Source: Calcarisporiella thermophila CBS 279.70
Lineage: Eukaryota; Fungi; Calcarisporiellomycota
Assembly: GCF_041956535.1 (NCBI RefSeq)
Contig: NW_027192218.1
Span: forward strand, 306,784 to 370,783
Length of the DNA: 64,000 nt
Reading direction: 5' to 3'
Shown here piece after piece: positions 40,412-54,271 of the stretch (positions are counted from its first letter, which is position 1; each line of letters begins with the position of its first letter). The notes under the pieces were generated by a model. The model made no database searches, had not been told where the DNA came from, and saw only the letters and a program-made list of their open reading frames with translations. Both the position numbers and the translations under genes were made by a program.

Positions 40412-41162
40412 GTTTTGTAGGATCTCAGTCGAGATGGTAGTGAGAAAGGGAAATTATGAAGTAAGCAATCAATAAAATTAACGCGTAATATTTGTATTAA
40501 TCAATAGGATTTTTTTTTTCGTATTTGAAAAGTCCACTATTAGCGCAAACATCCCAAGTAAACGAAATCGAAAAATTTCAAATCGATCATTAATTTATTT
40601 CCAAATCCGAGAAGCCACAGCTACGTCGTCCAAAAAACGCTGAAATTGAGTCTGGATTTTCCCCGTCCAAAAAATCCTAAAGTCCTCAAATTTCCGTGTT
40701 AGGTTGATCGATTGGTAAGGTCTCTTAAAATGATCGAGCCCCGAGGAAAAAAAAGTGAAATCACAACGAAAAGTATGGAGAATTCCTAGCTGCTTTCGAT
40801 ACAATTGATATATACAGTACATAGCAGCCGTCTTCTTTTGGAATTCTTCTTGCAGATCTTGGTTGTCTGCATAATTTCAATTTCTATTAGCTTTAAAAAA
40901 TATCGAATCCGGATAGAAAACTCGCTATTATAGCCACAACTTAATACGCTTTAGTCGTAGTTATCATGAAATATGTTTGCATAAGCATAGGCGGCCTTAG
41001 TTCATTAAACTTCTATTTATAGAAGATTGAAGTTGATTACATGTTAAATGTTTAAAAGAGCAAACCGAAAAACAATAAATACAAGGGTCCGCTTCTTCTA
41101 TCGTACTTTTGCGCTAAATGCAGCACTAATAATTTAATTCATCTAAGTAACAAGACTAATGG

Positions 41163-43622
41163 TTAATGCCGGTTTCGTAGTCCACCAACACCATTATAAC
41201 GTCTAATAGGGTCTTCCTCGTGCGGTCCCCTTTCCTCTTCATATGCAATACTCTTCCGCCCTTCAACATCCTCCTCTGCAGATTGGTATAGGCCATCCTT
41301 ATTTCTGGTGAGTAAACCTTTACGCAGCAACATTATTCCCAAGGCGAGATGCCACCACGTTTGTATTGAGGTAGGCAGAACGGGCCAAATTCCGTAGCAT
41401 CTTGCCAACATCCAGATTCCACTGGCGCGCCATACCCAGAAAGCGGCCACACTCATACGAGCCCATATCTTAGTGTGAATGCCTTCGTTTTCGCCAACCA
41501 CAAGGAGAAACCATAAAAGCCATGGGAACAAAAAGATCAGATAGAGGGTGGCGTAGTACCAAGTATCGGGAAGTGGGAGCCACTCTCCGCCAATCCATAA
41601 GCCATAGATATAGAACAACCCCTTCCCGCCCCCAGGAATTCGTGATGCCTCTTCCGGTAGGGGACGAATGAATTGGCCATGGAACCAGGGCAAGGCCACT
41701 AAACATAACAAGTATACCCAAAAAGGATAGAATATGTCAGGACTCTGTGCTAATTGAAGCAGTCTCCACCAACACTCAAGGACAAAAGATGAAATCCATC
41801 CACGCGAAGTGCGTATGCTGGTTTGTAGAAGGGCGAAATTACGTTCCTTAGTTCCCCTGTATCCCCAAACTCCTACCATCGTGCGCGGAACTATTAGAAG
41901 GGAAATTAGAGTAGAATAAACTACATAGAAGAGCACTCGAAATGCGAGAGCAAAATTGGAACGTATGATCCATTCGCCGGAGAACGGACGAGCAATCGGA
42001 GCTCTCTTTCCATCAACCCGGAAGTAAATTTCTGAGCGTCCCTCCCGGCCCAAGGCGTCGTAGGCTCGCACAACAAGAACATGCTCTCGCCCATCATCCA
42101 ATTTCGTAGGATCCCAGGGTGCAACCCATAGCGGCAAATATGCATCGTCAGAGTCTGGGCGGAGAGCGGCGTCAAGAGGAAGGGTAAATGGCTTTCCTCG
42201 GCCTCGGTATTCTGCATTGACATAGAATTTTCCATCTATCTCCATCACCACTTCCTTCACTGAAGCCTTATTTGCTGGCCAGACGAGCACGCGAATATGA
42301 GTACTCTTTCTAATTTTCCCGGTTGGCTCTCGATCTTCCATCAGAAATCGAGCATCTTTGGGGTTAGTGATAAGAACTGTAGGAGCAGCAGCTTCCTCAC
42401 TAGCCTTTACAGATTTAACAGCCCCAGGATCGATTGGAGGGGGCATTTCCACATCCACAAAGGATACTAGATCGTGATCTAAGGCCATTACGCGAAAGAC
42501 ACCATGCTCTTTCATGTCTGCGAGCTCCAATTCTAAATAGCCCGAGGGCTGATACGCTAATAAATTATTGCCCAATCCAAAAAAGAGCCTATGGAGGTGA
42601 CCGCACATATAAGCGCTAATCAGGCGAGAAAGATCTTGGCGGAAGCTTTTGCCTGTGGACGTGTGTCCGAAAAGAAGGGTTGTAGAGGGATAATGCGCGA
42701 ATAAAAACGTGTGATTATAATGGCGAAAAGCATCCAGCCGAGATGCGAGGTTATCCATGTCGGCAGTATCAAGGTAACCAAAAAAATTAAAGGGGCGAGA
42801 GGGGCCGCGTTTAGGCCTGTGTTTTTAAAGCAGAGCATATGAGTATTGCAACGTATAATGAGAGGGAGGGGAATATTTTAAGGACAGAAAGCTCTTTTCC
42901 AACCATATCTATAATGATTGAAAAAAAGAAATACTTACGATGCATCTATGCCGATAAACCCGTATTTTCCCCAGCTTTTTTGTACATCAAATGCCCATCC
43001 TCTACCACCACTGACTCCGTAAGATTGATAGTAATTTTCAACACTGTTTTCGTCTGGAATATTAAACGAGTCGTGATTTCCCTTCAAATCATGCCAATAA
43101 TCCCGCCTCCATAATCCGAGCTTTTCTAATGAGTCTCTGTACAATTTCCATTCATCGAGATGCTGGAAGGAAGTAATCTTATGGACATCTTTGGCATCAG
43201 TAAGATCTCCAGTGACAATGACAAATGCTGGGGAAATATCAGGGAGTTTAGCAAGGAACTGGAAGAAATGGCGCTGATAATCGTGATAGTGCGATATGTG
43301 CAGATCGGAGATCTGAAAATGTTAGTATTAAGAAGAGACAAAAAAAAAAGTAAATTGAGTATTGAACGCTTAAAGTAGATAGGAGAGCTAATTGTACCTG
43401 CACAAAATAAAATAGCTTATCCAACTCAGCTCCTATTACTTCTTCATCTTGGTGGGCCTTTTCTGAGGATTTTAAAGATGGCCCAACACTTCCTTCGTTG
43501 TGCTGCAGACCAAGTGAGGCGGGAGGGGATTGAAAAGAAAATGTTTCGCGATAAATGTATATTCCATGGAAAAGGGCATAGAGTGTTACGAGAGATATAA
43601 GCACAACCGAGACGATATACAT
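41163..43622 (-). CDS. TMEM62-like metallophosphoesterase membrane protein; multi-exon, start uncertain
   Basis: FVQ|.SDLH, TGDLTDAK, KGNHD, PFNFFG, AHYP, CGHLH, LELELAD, FRVMALDHD, ITNPKDA and several C-terminal TM helices. Confidence 0.85.
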
Positions 43623-44238
43623 ATAGCTTGATTCTATGGATATAACTAAGAATATTGAATATAATGGATCCCGAATTTAATTCAATACTTTAGAGCTATA
43701 TGAAGTGATGACGTTTCTCGCAGGGAAGACAGATTTTCCAGCCGCGATGGCTTAGCTAGCTTGCTCCATATAAGGGCGAGTCTCGGGAAAACATTGCCAG
43801 AGGTTGAGCTTCTCTCTGAGCACACCGAATCGGCCTTTGATGCAAAAAGCGGAAAAGGCTCCAGGATTCAGGCCGAGTGATTTGCAGTGTCAGGGGCAAT
43901 ATGGCTCTAATTTGTACGTGGGCTCGGATCCACCGCAATTAGCTCGGGTCAATTCAGGGAAAATGACAAATTGTTAGGGGACTATTAGGGTGTGGTCCCT
44001 ATGTTTTGTTTCAATCTAGCAAAAGCGGTAAGACTGTGAGGCTTGGGGCAATGTCGGTGATTTCTGGATTGAGGGTGCATGGCATCTCGAAGAGATTGTT
44101 TAGGATCAATCGGGTGCACATGTTAGAAAACAGGTTGGAAAAGGAAGGTGAGCACACTAAAAATCGTTCTGTTTTTCTCCGTGCTTTTCTGGTTGAGGGA
44201 TGAAACACCAATTCTCCTATATATAATATCGGCGAGGG

Positions 44239-45910
44239 ATGGAAATCGCCCGCATCCTCTCCCCCGCAAGTTATGCAACAGCCTCCCCCTGCTGCTCGGC
44301 CACTATGACTTCCTATACTTCGAACCGCGCCATGTGCTCCATTCCTTACGCTTCCCATCCCTCCGAGCATACCCCCTTCTTCCTCCCGCCCTCGTTTCAT
44401 GAGGAGCAACCCAACCCTTTTGCTCAGTTGAAGCGCATTTCATGCGACTCGAAACTCAATCTCCTACTCGTATTCTTCCCCTTTGGAGTATGGGCGTGGC
44501 TTGCCGGCTGGAATGATGTACTAGTGTTCCTGCTCAACTTCTTTGCGATTATGCCGCTCTCCAAGCTGTTGTGCTTTAGTAAGCAGTCATTAAGATTAGT
44601 AATGTTGTTCTGGTATTGACCCACGAACGTGAAATAGGTACTGAAGAGGTTGCTCTAAGGCTCGGCTCGACAGTCGGGAGTCTTATGGTAAGCTAAAGAT
44701 GTTGAGAAGGCTGCTGTCTTCGCACTGACCGCTATACAATCTGCTTCACATAGAACGCCACATTCGGAAACGCCACCGAGCTCATTCTCGCCATTGTGGC
44801 CTTGCGCAAAGGTCATTTTTATGTTGCCCAGGGTAAATACTTTTGCTATAGCACCGCTCCCTCAAGTATTCACTCATGGAATCGAAATCTTTATTTTCTT
44901 AGCATCATTACTCGGTTCTATTCTCTCCAATCTACTCCTAGTACTTGGCAGCTCGTTCCTCCTCGGGGGACTAGCGTATCCTGAGCAATCGTTTTCCTCA
45001 ACCTTGACCAACACCACGAATGGCATGCTGTTGCTCTTTTCGCTTGCTCTGATTTTGCCCAGCGTTATACACTCTACGGTCACGGACGAAATCGTGCGGG
45101 ACGTGTTAATGTTGAAGTTGAGCAGAGGAATGGCCGTGGTATTACTTATCCTCTACGTGGTGTACTTGATATTTCAACTCCGAACCCACTCCCATCTTGT
45201 AAGTACAGTCCGAGGATAGTTGGCTCTCGGGGATAGGATAGAATTGAGCTCATCTTTTACATATTTTTAGTTTGAGGACGAGGCATCCGTGGAGGAGACT
45301 CCGGAGCTTTCTCTTCCCGTGTCCATCGTGCTACTGGTGGTGACCACCTTGCTTATCTCGCTCTCGGCAGAGTTTCTGGTAGATAGTTTGGACGGGATGA
45401 TCAGTACCTCTGGGCTGACCGAGTCGTTTATCTCCATCATATTATTGCCGGTGATTAGCAAGTAAGAATCTCCTCAGAGATGCATGCAAATACTATGAAT
45501 GATGAATGCTAACCTAATCTTTTCCACTCGCTTTCGAATGAATAGTGCTGTGGAGCATGTTTCCTCTCTAAGATTCGCCGTTAAAAACAAGATGAATCTG
45601 TGCATTGGAATCACATTAGGCTCTGCAAATCAAATATCTCTCTTCGTTATTCCTTTGTTGGTTTTGATGGGTTGGATATTGAATCAACCGGTAACCTTTT
45701 TCTTCGGCTACCTCGAAACCGCCATTTTGCTAATCTCGGTGATGACGGTGTACTGCATCACAAGCGGTGGAAAATGCCACTGGTTGGAGGGTTACATATG
45801 CTTGGTAAGTGTCCCCGCTTACTACGCACAAGCACCAGCTAACCTTGTGTTATTTCTAGGCTGCATATGCGCTCACCGCAATCTGTTTTGGGGTTGTTCC
45901 AAAAATATGA
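44239..45910 (+). CDS. Ca2+/H+ exchanger (CAX/Vcx1 family); multi-exon
   Basis: NATFGNATE, SLLGSILSNLLLVLG, FQLRTH, second repeat SNAVEH, QISLFVIP, HWLEG. Confidence 0.9.
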
Positions 45911-46325
45911 AGTGACAATTTGGAATGACCTATTTTGCTTGCCTATTTATTTCCATTTCTTTTTTTTTTTGTTATATCTTGTGTTTTTTATGTAATCCTG
46001 GAATCCTAGTGGATACCATATAGTCTACAGTGTATAGATGTTATATTCAGGTTCGAACAGAGCAGATACACCGTAGCACCACAACCTTACAGCTCTGCAT
46101 CTTAATCTTCAGTTCGCATTCCAAAACTCTAGGGTACCGGTGGGGGAATGACGGACTTGGTTGAATTTTAGTCAATTTTGCTTATTAGATCAGGACTTTT
46201 TGTGTAAGAATCTCCTTTGGAATTTAATAAAACAAGGAAAAAGAGAAAAAAACAAAAGAAACATCAACTATGGTTCTATGCATATAAACATGTGTATGAA
46301 ATAGGGCGTATTTCAGTCTTATTCC

Positions 46326-47975
46326 TTACATAATGGCTTTGCTTTGTACACTTAAGAATTGGCTGGTGCAACTGTAATCATTCATCGCTATAAAGTGGCA
46401 CAGCACGGATTAAGAGATCAGCACTAATAGCAAGGGGAAAAATGTCTTACCAAAGTTATCAGCTGGGTTGCAGTGGCATTTTTTCTGGTAGCTCTTCTCT
46501 TCTGGCTGTGAAATTAATCAAGCAATGAACAAAGCAGAATTAAGCTGTAGTGAATGGATGAAACACTTACACAATTCATAAAAGGGTTATGGCGGTAGCT
46601 AAAAAAGTTGATATATCGTCAATGTTGAATTAGCCGTTGAATGCTCTTCTACCCTCTTTAACCAATTCTTACCCAATATTATCAAAGAAATGTATCTCAC
46701 TTTTATTCAAGAAGAGTGCAGCAGCAATGGAATGAACTGGTGCATCGCCCCAGCGTTCATAGAAAAACCCGCCTGCCTTGTCTAGATACTCGAAATATCG
46801 GCTATAGGCCTCAGAACGCCAGAACCGTAAATCGGCGATTTCAAAATTAGACCAAAAATGACATAGGTTGTAAGTCTCGCCGCCATTGTCGCTGATGAAA
46901 TCGAGCGCTAATCGAGAAAACATAATGGGTGAATTGGATAGAAAACGGAATAGAGAAAATCTTTAATGGGCGAATACCATTATCGGGAGCGAGATACTCT
47001 GGGAATTGTTTTATGAATTGTTTCGTCGTCTGCCAAAGAGTGGGTATGGTACTTTCATATTCATACAATGAGATCGTAAAGCCTTATTGAATTAAAATGA
47101 AAATGAAGGTTAATAATGATGACATATCATAATCATGGAGAATATTACCATATTTAAGTCCATTATCTTCCATAAAAACAAATGGGTCTTCATCGATGTC
47201 ACAAAAGAAATCCACACTAGGTTCTACACGCCAATAATAATCAAAGTCTTTGAGGAGAGGGTGACGGTAGAAAAAACCACTTTCAAATCTGAGCATGTTA
47301 GTAGCGGGGATAACAAGACAAGATTAGATGTACTCTTTGGTGGAGACATTGCCGTCTCTAGTCAGAGAATTTATACACGTACCGACACATGTGCCTGTAA
47401 GGCAAACTACCACCATATATAATATTGGCAGCTTGCATCCTTTCTCGTGATTGTCTCGCTAAATCCTCGTCTATCCAAGGCGGAATACTCCAATGTTCAG
47501 TTGGTATGAGACCATAGCTTGTCTGGGCATTGGTGAGAGATTGGGTAAGGCGAATAAACTCTTCACTAAATGGCTGATCGTTGAGGAAAATGTATGGGTA
47601 GTTGTATTTGTGGTTGAAGCGAGCTTCAAGCTGGCGCATTGTCCATCGCATATCTAATGTTTAGCGTTCAATGCTCCTTATTAAATTATGCAATTGAATA
47701 CGTGGGAATTCCGTAAACAGAGCGGAATTGGCCACGTTAAATTAAGATAAGTGAAAAGTATTACCGTGGATATCAGAATTCCTAGCTAGAATGACGAAAG
47801 CAGCCTTTGCTCGTCTCGTGGTATTCCAAGCGGAATTATGAATAAGTTTCTTTTGCATTACATCTGTTCTATGGAATTTTGAATATTTACTAGATGGGCG
47901 CGAGAAAGAAGAAAGATAAAGAAGAAGGCAGAAAACGGCCAGAAAGATGATGGTGAATTCTTTCTTTTTGAACAT
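46326..47975 (-). CDS. Alpha-1,2-mannosyltransferase (GT15, Kre2/Mnt1/Ktr family); multi-exon
   Basis: N-terminal TM anchor, [15 protein letters not shown]|[37 protein letters not shown]. Confidence 0.95.
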
Positions 47976-48199
47976 GATGAATGCTTGAATGGGCAGTGGT
48001 GAAATCTCCCCTTGGAAAAATGTGTTAATACATATTAAAATGAAAGGTGCTGTGCCACTACGTAATTCGCTTGTACCACGTAAGGTATGGAATTTAGACT
48101 AATAAGTACAATTCTCTATCACTTAAAGTTATAGATCAATGGAAACGGCATACATTATTAAGTTACACTCAGAAGTTCTTTAGGAGCCGATTAAGAGTC

Positions 48200-49075
48200 C
48201 TATGAAATTTTTGTTTTTTCCACACGCCAATTCTTCTCGTTGTCCTGCTTCCCCTCAAATTCCCAGTCTTCTAGTCTTCGCTCTCCTTCCTCACTCACTT
48301 CATCGCACCACTGCCCAACCTTCTCGGAGACAGCTTCCAAGAGGGCATCGTTTCTTCCTGCCACTTTCCCAACATTGAGCCCATGGTCTCCACCAACTAT
48401 TTTTATCAGTTCTGATTCTGCATTCATTTTTTCCCGCACGCTCTTAAGGAGCTTTAAGTCACACATCCCGTCTTTGGTACCGCTTACAAACAGAACGGGT
48501 ATAGCGCTTGGGATATCAATCAGAATCTCCTCTCGCTGGGACTGAGAATTCTTGGAGCTGGGGTTTCGAAGAGGGAAAGAGAAGCACATTACTCCAAGGA
48601 CTTTGGGTATCTCGGCTTCACTCGATTCAGATAACTGAGATGCAAGCGATGCGGCGACGCGGGCTCCCATGGAATGCCCTCCTAGTATCATCGCGTCAAC
48701 GGGGTGAGTGCCTTTTTTTTTGTGAAATAGGTGGGAAATAACCTGACGGCAACAATTGATCCGATGAGCTGATGTTTAATTTTACAACTCAAATTAATAA
48801 GCGCATTTTGTTTCGAAATGAAAGCAAATGAGTTTGTTACCCAAATTAATGGTTGATGCAGTAAATCGCACGCAAGTATGGCCAAAGTTTGCTAATTCCT
48901 CGGCATATCTTTGTAGGCGCGCGTTATTCATGTCACCACTTGCTCCATGCGCTAGAACAATTCCTAGCTTACCCACCTCATCCGATTTGTTGGACGAGGC
49001 ATGCGTAGTCACAATGCACGGAATATCCTTCTTGCCTGGAAAGGGTATTATAGTCTTACTGTGCTTGAACGACAT
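48200..49075 (-). CDS. Alpha/beta hydrolase, TEX30/KANSL3-like; 2 exons
   Basis: LAHGASG, GGHSMGAR nucleophile elbow, SFPL, VSGTKD, GGDHGL. Confidence 0.85.
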
Positions 49076-49397
49076 TATTATTTAGGAATTTCTTTCGCGT
49101 GTGGCAAAAGAGACGCGAGTGATTATATGCACTTCGTGGCTCAGAGTGACTGCTTGTTGATTTTTACGAGGGAAAACAATTCTTAATTTGATACACTTCA
49201 CTAACTTTGCACCTCACGTCGAACTAATGCCAAGTTTGATGCTTTGCATGTTTCTTGTCATTATTTAAATCATCAATATATACAAATTTTCTCCGAAGTT
49301 GTCTGTACATTTCTCTATTCTGTTCAATAAGGCCATCTTTCGCGGCCCGAACCTATCGATTCTAAGGCATCATTTTTCGAGTAGTGCCAAATCCAAA

Positions 49398-52174
49398 ATG
49401 AAAGCGTATCTTCAAATTCTCACCCCATCACCCTCCTCACCTGGTAATCATTCTACACCCTCTGTGCTTGTTCATTTTGACTCGCAACGCTATCTCTTTA
49501 ACTGCGGAGAAGGGACTCAGAGACTTTGTGTCGAAAAGAAGTTGCGACTTGCCAAAGTATGCAATATCTTTTTAACACGCGTAGAATGGGAGTGCGTCGG
49601 TGGTATCCCAGGAATGCTCCTGACGCTAGCGGATGCAGGGACGAAAGGAATAAACTTGCACGGAGGGAAAAATCTTACTCATTTTATGGCTGCGACACGA
49701 CATTTTGTCTACCGCTCATCGATGAAATTGCAAACACAGGAATTTGGATTGGATTCGCCCGGAAACGGATACAAAGATGAGAATTTAAGAATCACTCCTG
49801 TTATATTGCTACCGTCAAATTGGAAGGAAATTCCTAAGCAGGAAGCGGAGAAATTCTCCTGTGGGCAGAAAAGACAGCTTGAGGAAGAGGAGAAGGGAGA
49901 TGGGATGCAAAACTTCGAGGATGCTAACGCATTTAAGCGTCAAATCCTCTCCAATATGTTTGCTGGTGGTAAACGTGCAGCTATCTCGACTGAGGCCTGT
50001 AGTGCAGAACAAGCTTTTGCAAAGCTCCCGGCTCAGAACTCGGCCCATAATGACGATCCCGCCTCAGCAGCAGATGCGATCGAAGAGGTAACAGCAGAGG
50101 ATATGCTCAAACAACCCGCTGTCTCATCTCTGAAGGGCGAAAATACTACTAAAAGTGGAGGCGGGGTGGATGGAATTCGACGAGTGACTCGGAGGTTGCC
50201 CCGCACCTCGCAATACCCTGCGGCAATTAGCTATATTTGTCAGAGCCCTGATTATCCCGGCAAGTTCAACCCAAAAGCTGCGCAAGCACTTGGGTTAAAG
50301 CCTGGCCCACTGTATGGTGAGTGAAATCTCGTTTATCTTTACTAGGACTTGACTGAGCTCATTTATTCAAAAACAGGGAAACTCCAGAAAGGAGAGCCGG
50401 TCACTACACCAGACGGCACTGTTATAGAACCACACCAGGTAGTTGGGCCATCTCGTCCCGGAACTGTAAGCTTTCGAAATATCTCTTTGAAACTTTGGAG
50501 GAAACGTGGTCTCTTAATTACAGTTATTTTATCTAGGTTTTCATCGTAGCTGATTGTCCAGACACTTCTTATATTCCTTCGTTCATAACCTCTGACTTAT
50601 TTTCCCCATACTACTCGCAAACAGCCTGTGTTATCCATCTCCTTGGTGACCATGTCTTACAGAACCCTGATTATCAAGCATGGATGATGCGATTTGCGCC
50701 CCAAACTCAGCACATTATTGCAAGTAACCAAGTCTCCAGCCAACGGATGATCTTTGAGTCTCATGCTATTAGCCAGCTCAAGCTTGCAATGCTGAACGAA
50801 GAAATTTTTCCGCTGCCATATCATTCGAACAAAGCGGAGCAAGAAATAGATGAGTGTAGGTTAAAATTCAATTCGATTTATCAGTGAAAATGGATACTAA
50901 TCTACATCGTAGTCCCTAATTTGCCAAAAAATTGCATTCCGGCCACAAATCTTCTTCAATTCCAGATCGAACCTTTGCCATTAATAAGCACTGAGGAACA
51001 AGGGAAGCCATTTGATGTGAAAAAGGCACAGCAAACAATGGGCAGTGAGTTGGGCGAATATATTTCGACCGTTGAAAGGATGAAAAATACTCTGGGACAT
51101 GCTCAAATTACGCGAGAAACGGAAAATGAGAAAATAAATCGAGGAGAATATGTGGTGACAACTCTAGGAACTGGTTCAGCATTGCCCTCCAAATATCGTA
51201 ATGGTAGTACTAAATATGATGTCTTTGCTTCATCTTTCATGCCATCATACTTATTTTTGTCTTTATTAGTGAGCTCGACCCTCCTCGAGATCAACGGTTT
51301 TGGGTCCATATTGTTGGATTCAGGCGAAGGAACGTATAATCAGCTGTGGCGCCTCCATGGACCGGCTAATTTCGATTCAACTCTTAAAAGCCTCCGATGC
51401 ATTTTCATTTCCCACTTACACGCCGACCACCACCTTGGCATCATTCCTTTACTTAAGCGGTGGAATACCCTGCACTCCTCTTTAGGTGACGAAGAAAAGA
51501 TCTTTGTCGTTGCGCCTTGGCGATATAGGATTTGGCTGGAAGAGTATGCAGACGTTCAGAATTTTGGATTTGAAAAAGTCCAGTTCGTCGACTGCGAAGA
51601 CCTGCTGTATTGGCGGGGGGATGACGATGAGCGATGGCTCCGAGGTCAAGCTCAGCTAAAACCTCTATTGCAATCCTTAGAGTTGGGGCGAATTGAAACT
51701 GTAGACGTGGAGCATTGTCGGTGGGCATATGGGCTCTGTCTAGAATATAATAGCATCAACAACGGATCACAATGGAAATTCGTATATTCAGGTGATACGA
51801 GGCCAAGCGAAAATCTGATCGAAGCCGGCAAAGACGCTACCCTTCTTCTCCATGAGGCAACGCTTGAAGATGAAATGGTTCAGGAGGCGCTTGCTAAGCG
51901 GCACAGCACCGTTTCGGAGGCGATTGATGTCGCGCGTAGAATGAACGCAAAAAATGTACTCTTAACTCATTTTAGCCAACGTTATCCGAAAATCCCGGTA
52001 ATTGATACCACCAGCGGGAATGGGAAGGGTGCCAATGAATCAGGAAAGAATGACCGTTTGAAGGTTGGCATCGCATTCGATATGATGCGCGTGAGAGAAA
52101 ACGATTTTGATCAGCTCCCCATGTTTATGGAGCCACTAAAAGTGCTCTATGGGAGTGACCCTGAGGATGAATAG
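49398..52174 (+). CDS. TRZ1: Long-form tRNase Z (Trz1/ELAC2); multi-exon, probable non-AUG N-terminal extension
   Basis: YLFNCGEGTQR, GKF..A..LGLKPGP, LGTGSALPSKYRN, LLDSGEGT, SHLHADHH, YSGDTRP, HEAT, LTHFSQRYPK. Confidence 0.95.
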
Positions 52175-52823
52175 GGTATTGGGATAGAAAGCGCAAACGA
52201 CCAATTCGAAAACTTTTATCTCACTTATCCCAATATGATTTTACGATTAATAACGCTGTGTAGATAATTGCGGTCAGAAATGATCGGCCAGCTAGAGATT
52301 CCCCTTGACACCTATTTTATCTTAGTGTTTCGTAATTAAATCTTCTTCGCTGAGTTTCTTATCAATGCACACCCTGGAGGTGCCAGATGGAGAGCAGAAT
52401 AAAATGGGATCTGGGGCTCATATGAGCTCACTATTGGATAGCTCAGTCTAGCTTGAAAACAGCTCAAATTCCAGACGCCCCCCAGAGCTATCCGTCGCTG
52501 CAAAATTTTGGGATTTTTTTTTTAGTCCCTTTTTCAATCAATTTATTTTGCGGGTGCCGACACAGATTTTTCCTACCAGGCGCCCATCCTGGTACAGAAT
52601 TAACCCAAATTGCTGCGGAGTTGAAATCCAGCTTCGGATTCCCATAAATATATATGTCATTTTCAGCTCATCTGCGCATATGGACCTACATAAATATATC
52701 TGAGTATATAAGTTGCCCGATATCTTTACAATCTATTTTTTTTTTTAGTTTTTCAGATACCAGAGCTAACCACTCAAAGCTTTTATATATATAATCATAT
52801 ACATAAGTCATTCATTTTATTGA

Positions 52824-53986
52824 ATGTATGCCTTCAGTGAGGCGTTTTTTCAAACATCCCCCTCAGAGCAGCTCAGTGATGATTTAACTACACGAATACC
52901 GCCCGGCTTTAGACGGCAAAAGGAGTTGGGAAGCTCAAGTTCACTCATTAAACACATGACTCTTTTGCGGCGAGCTAGACTATGGAACGACGCTAATGAA
53001 GGAACAAAAGGGACAGTGATAAAGATGGGCGAAGCGGAGACGAGGCAAAGTACTCGAACAGTTGGAGAGGTTGTAGTGCCGGTTAGTCAGCAACCAGTGT
53101 TAGTCGACCTGAAACCAGTGGAAAAGGGATCAATTACAGGTAACTCAAGTTTGTGAATATTTGAAATAGTATAGTCGGATAACGCTATATATTTATTGCA
53201 AAAGTTCTTCCCGACGAAACACCAGCCTCTACACCCACAATCGAGGCAAGGATCACCGCCTTTACAACAGAAACAATCGTTTCGACTCCTCTGCCAACCC
53301 TCTCTCCTTCTGGGGCCTTTGCTCCGCTCTCTTCAGCTACCTTATCCGCTGTTCCTACCATGAATATGCGAATGCCAGTATCTAGCTCTCCAACCCAAAA
53401 TATTCAATCTCAACTCCCATCCACTCAGTCACCCTCCACCTTCTCCCCTAATTCCTCCTCCGGCAACCTGCTTCTCATCATGGGAGTAATTTTCTCATTG
53501 ATATCACTTTTTGTCACGGTTGGGTTCTTTGGGTTTCGCTTTTACCGTCGTCAGCGACCCGAAAAGCCCAAGTGTAATTCTCTCACCACCGTCTCACCAT
53601 CAGAAACAAGGATTTTCGCGAATTCAACTCCTCTTAGCTTCGATAGCTCCCAAGTGCTCAAATGTTACACTGCGCTGAATACGTTCATCCCCAGGTTGGG
53701 AGACGAGATATTTGTTCAGCCAGGTGATAACGTGGCCGTTCTCGAAGAATATCAAGATGGCTGGGTATTGGGTTTAAATAAGACCAGAGGAAACGCCAAA
53801 GGAATGCTGCCAAGGAACTGTCTTGTAAGTTTGCCTTTTTTATTCTACTTTAGACTTATCCAATCCCAAGGTGGATGATTCTTTGAAGTCTAGATATATT
53901 GATTGTGTCTCAAATAATAGGATATGCCAATCGACAATGTCTTTGAAATTGTCGACAGACCTTCGAGTATTATCTACATTCATTGA
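52824..53986 (+). CDS. Ser/Thr-rich single-pass membrane protein with C-terminal SH3 (Fus1-like architecture); 3 exons
   Basis: S/T/P-rich segment, TM LLLIMGVIFSLISLFVTVGFFGF, SH3 FIPRLGDEI..GD..YQDGW..GMLPRNCL. Confidence 0.7.
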
Positions 53987-54271
53987 TATTTATTTATCGC
54001 TTGGATGATGTTAATGCAACTATTCTTTGTCATTTTCCATTATCAATATTTTCACAATTTGTCATCATGTTAAATATTTGCGCTTACTACTCTGGGCTTA
54101 TCTTCGTCATTTTGGTTTTTCTGTAGCTTATTAATTTTTTGAAGCAGTGCTTCAATCCTAAGTTGTATGTAGTCATATATATAGTGTTTCAATAAATCGA
54201 TTGATGAATCTCCGATATTTACAAACAGTCACATATATGCTTGCTCTCATCTTTTACCAAGTCCCTCAAAA

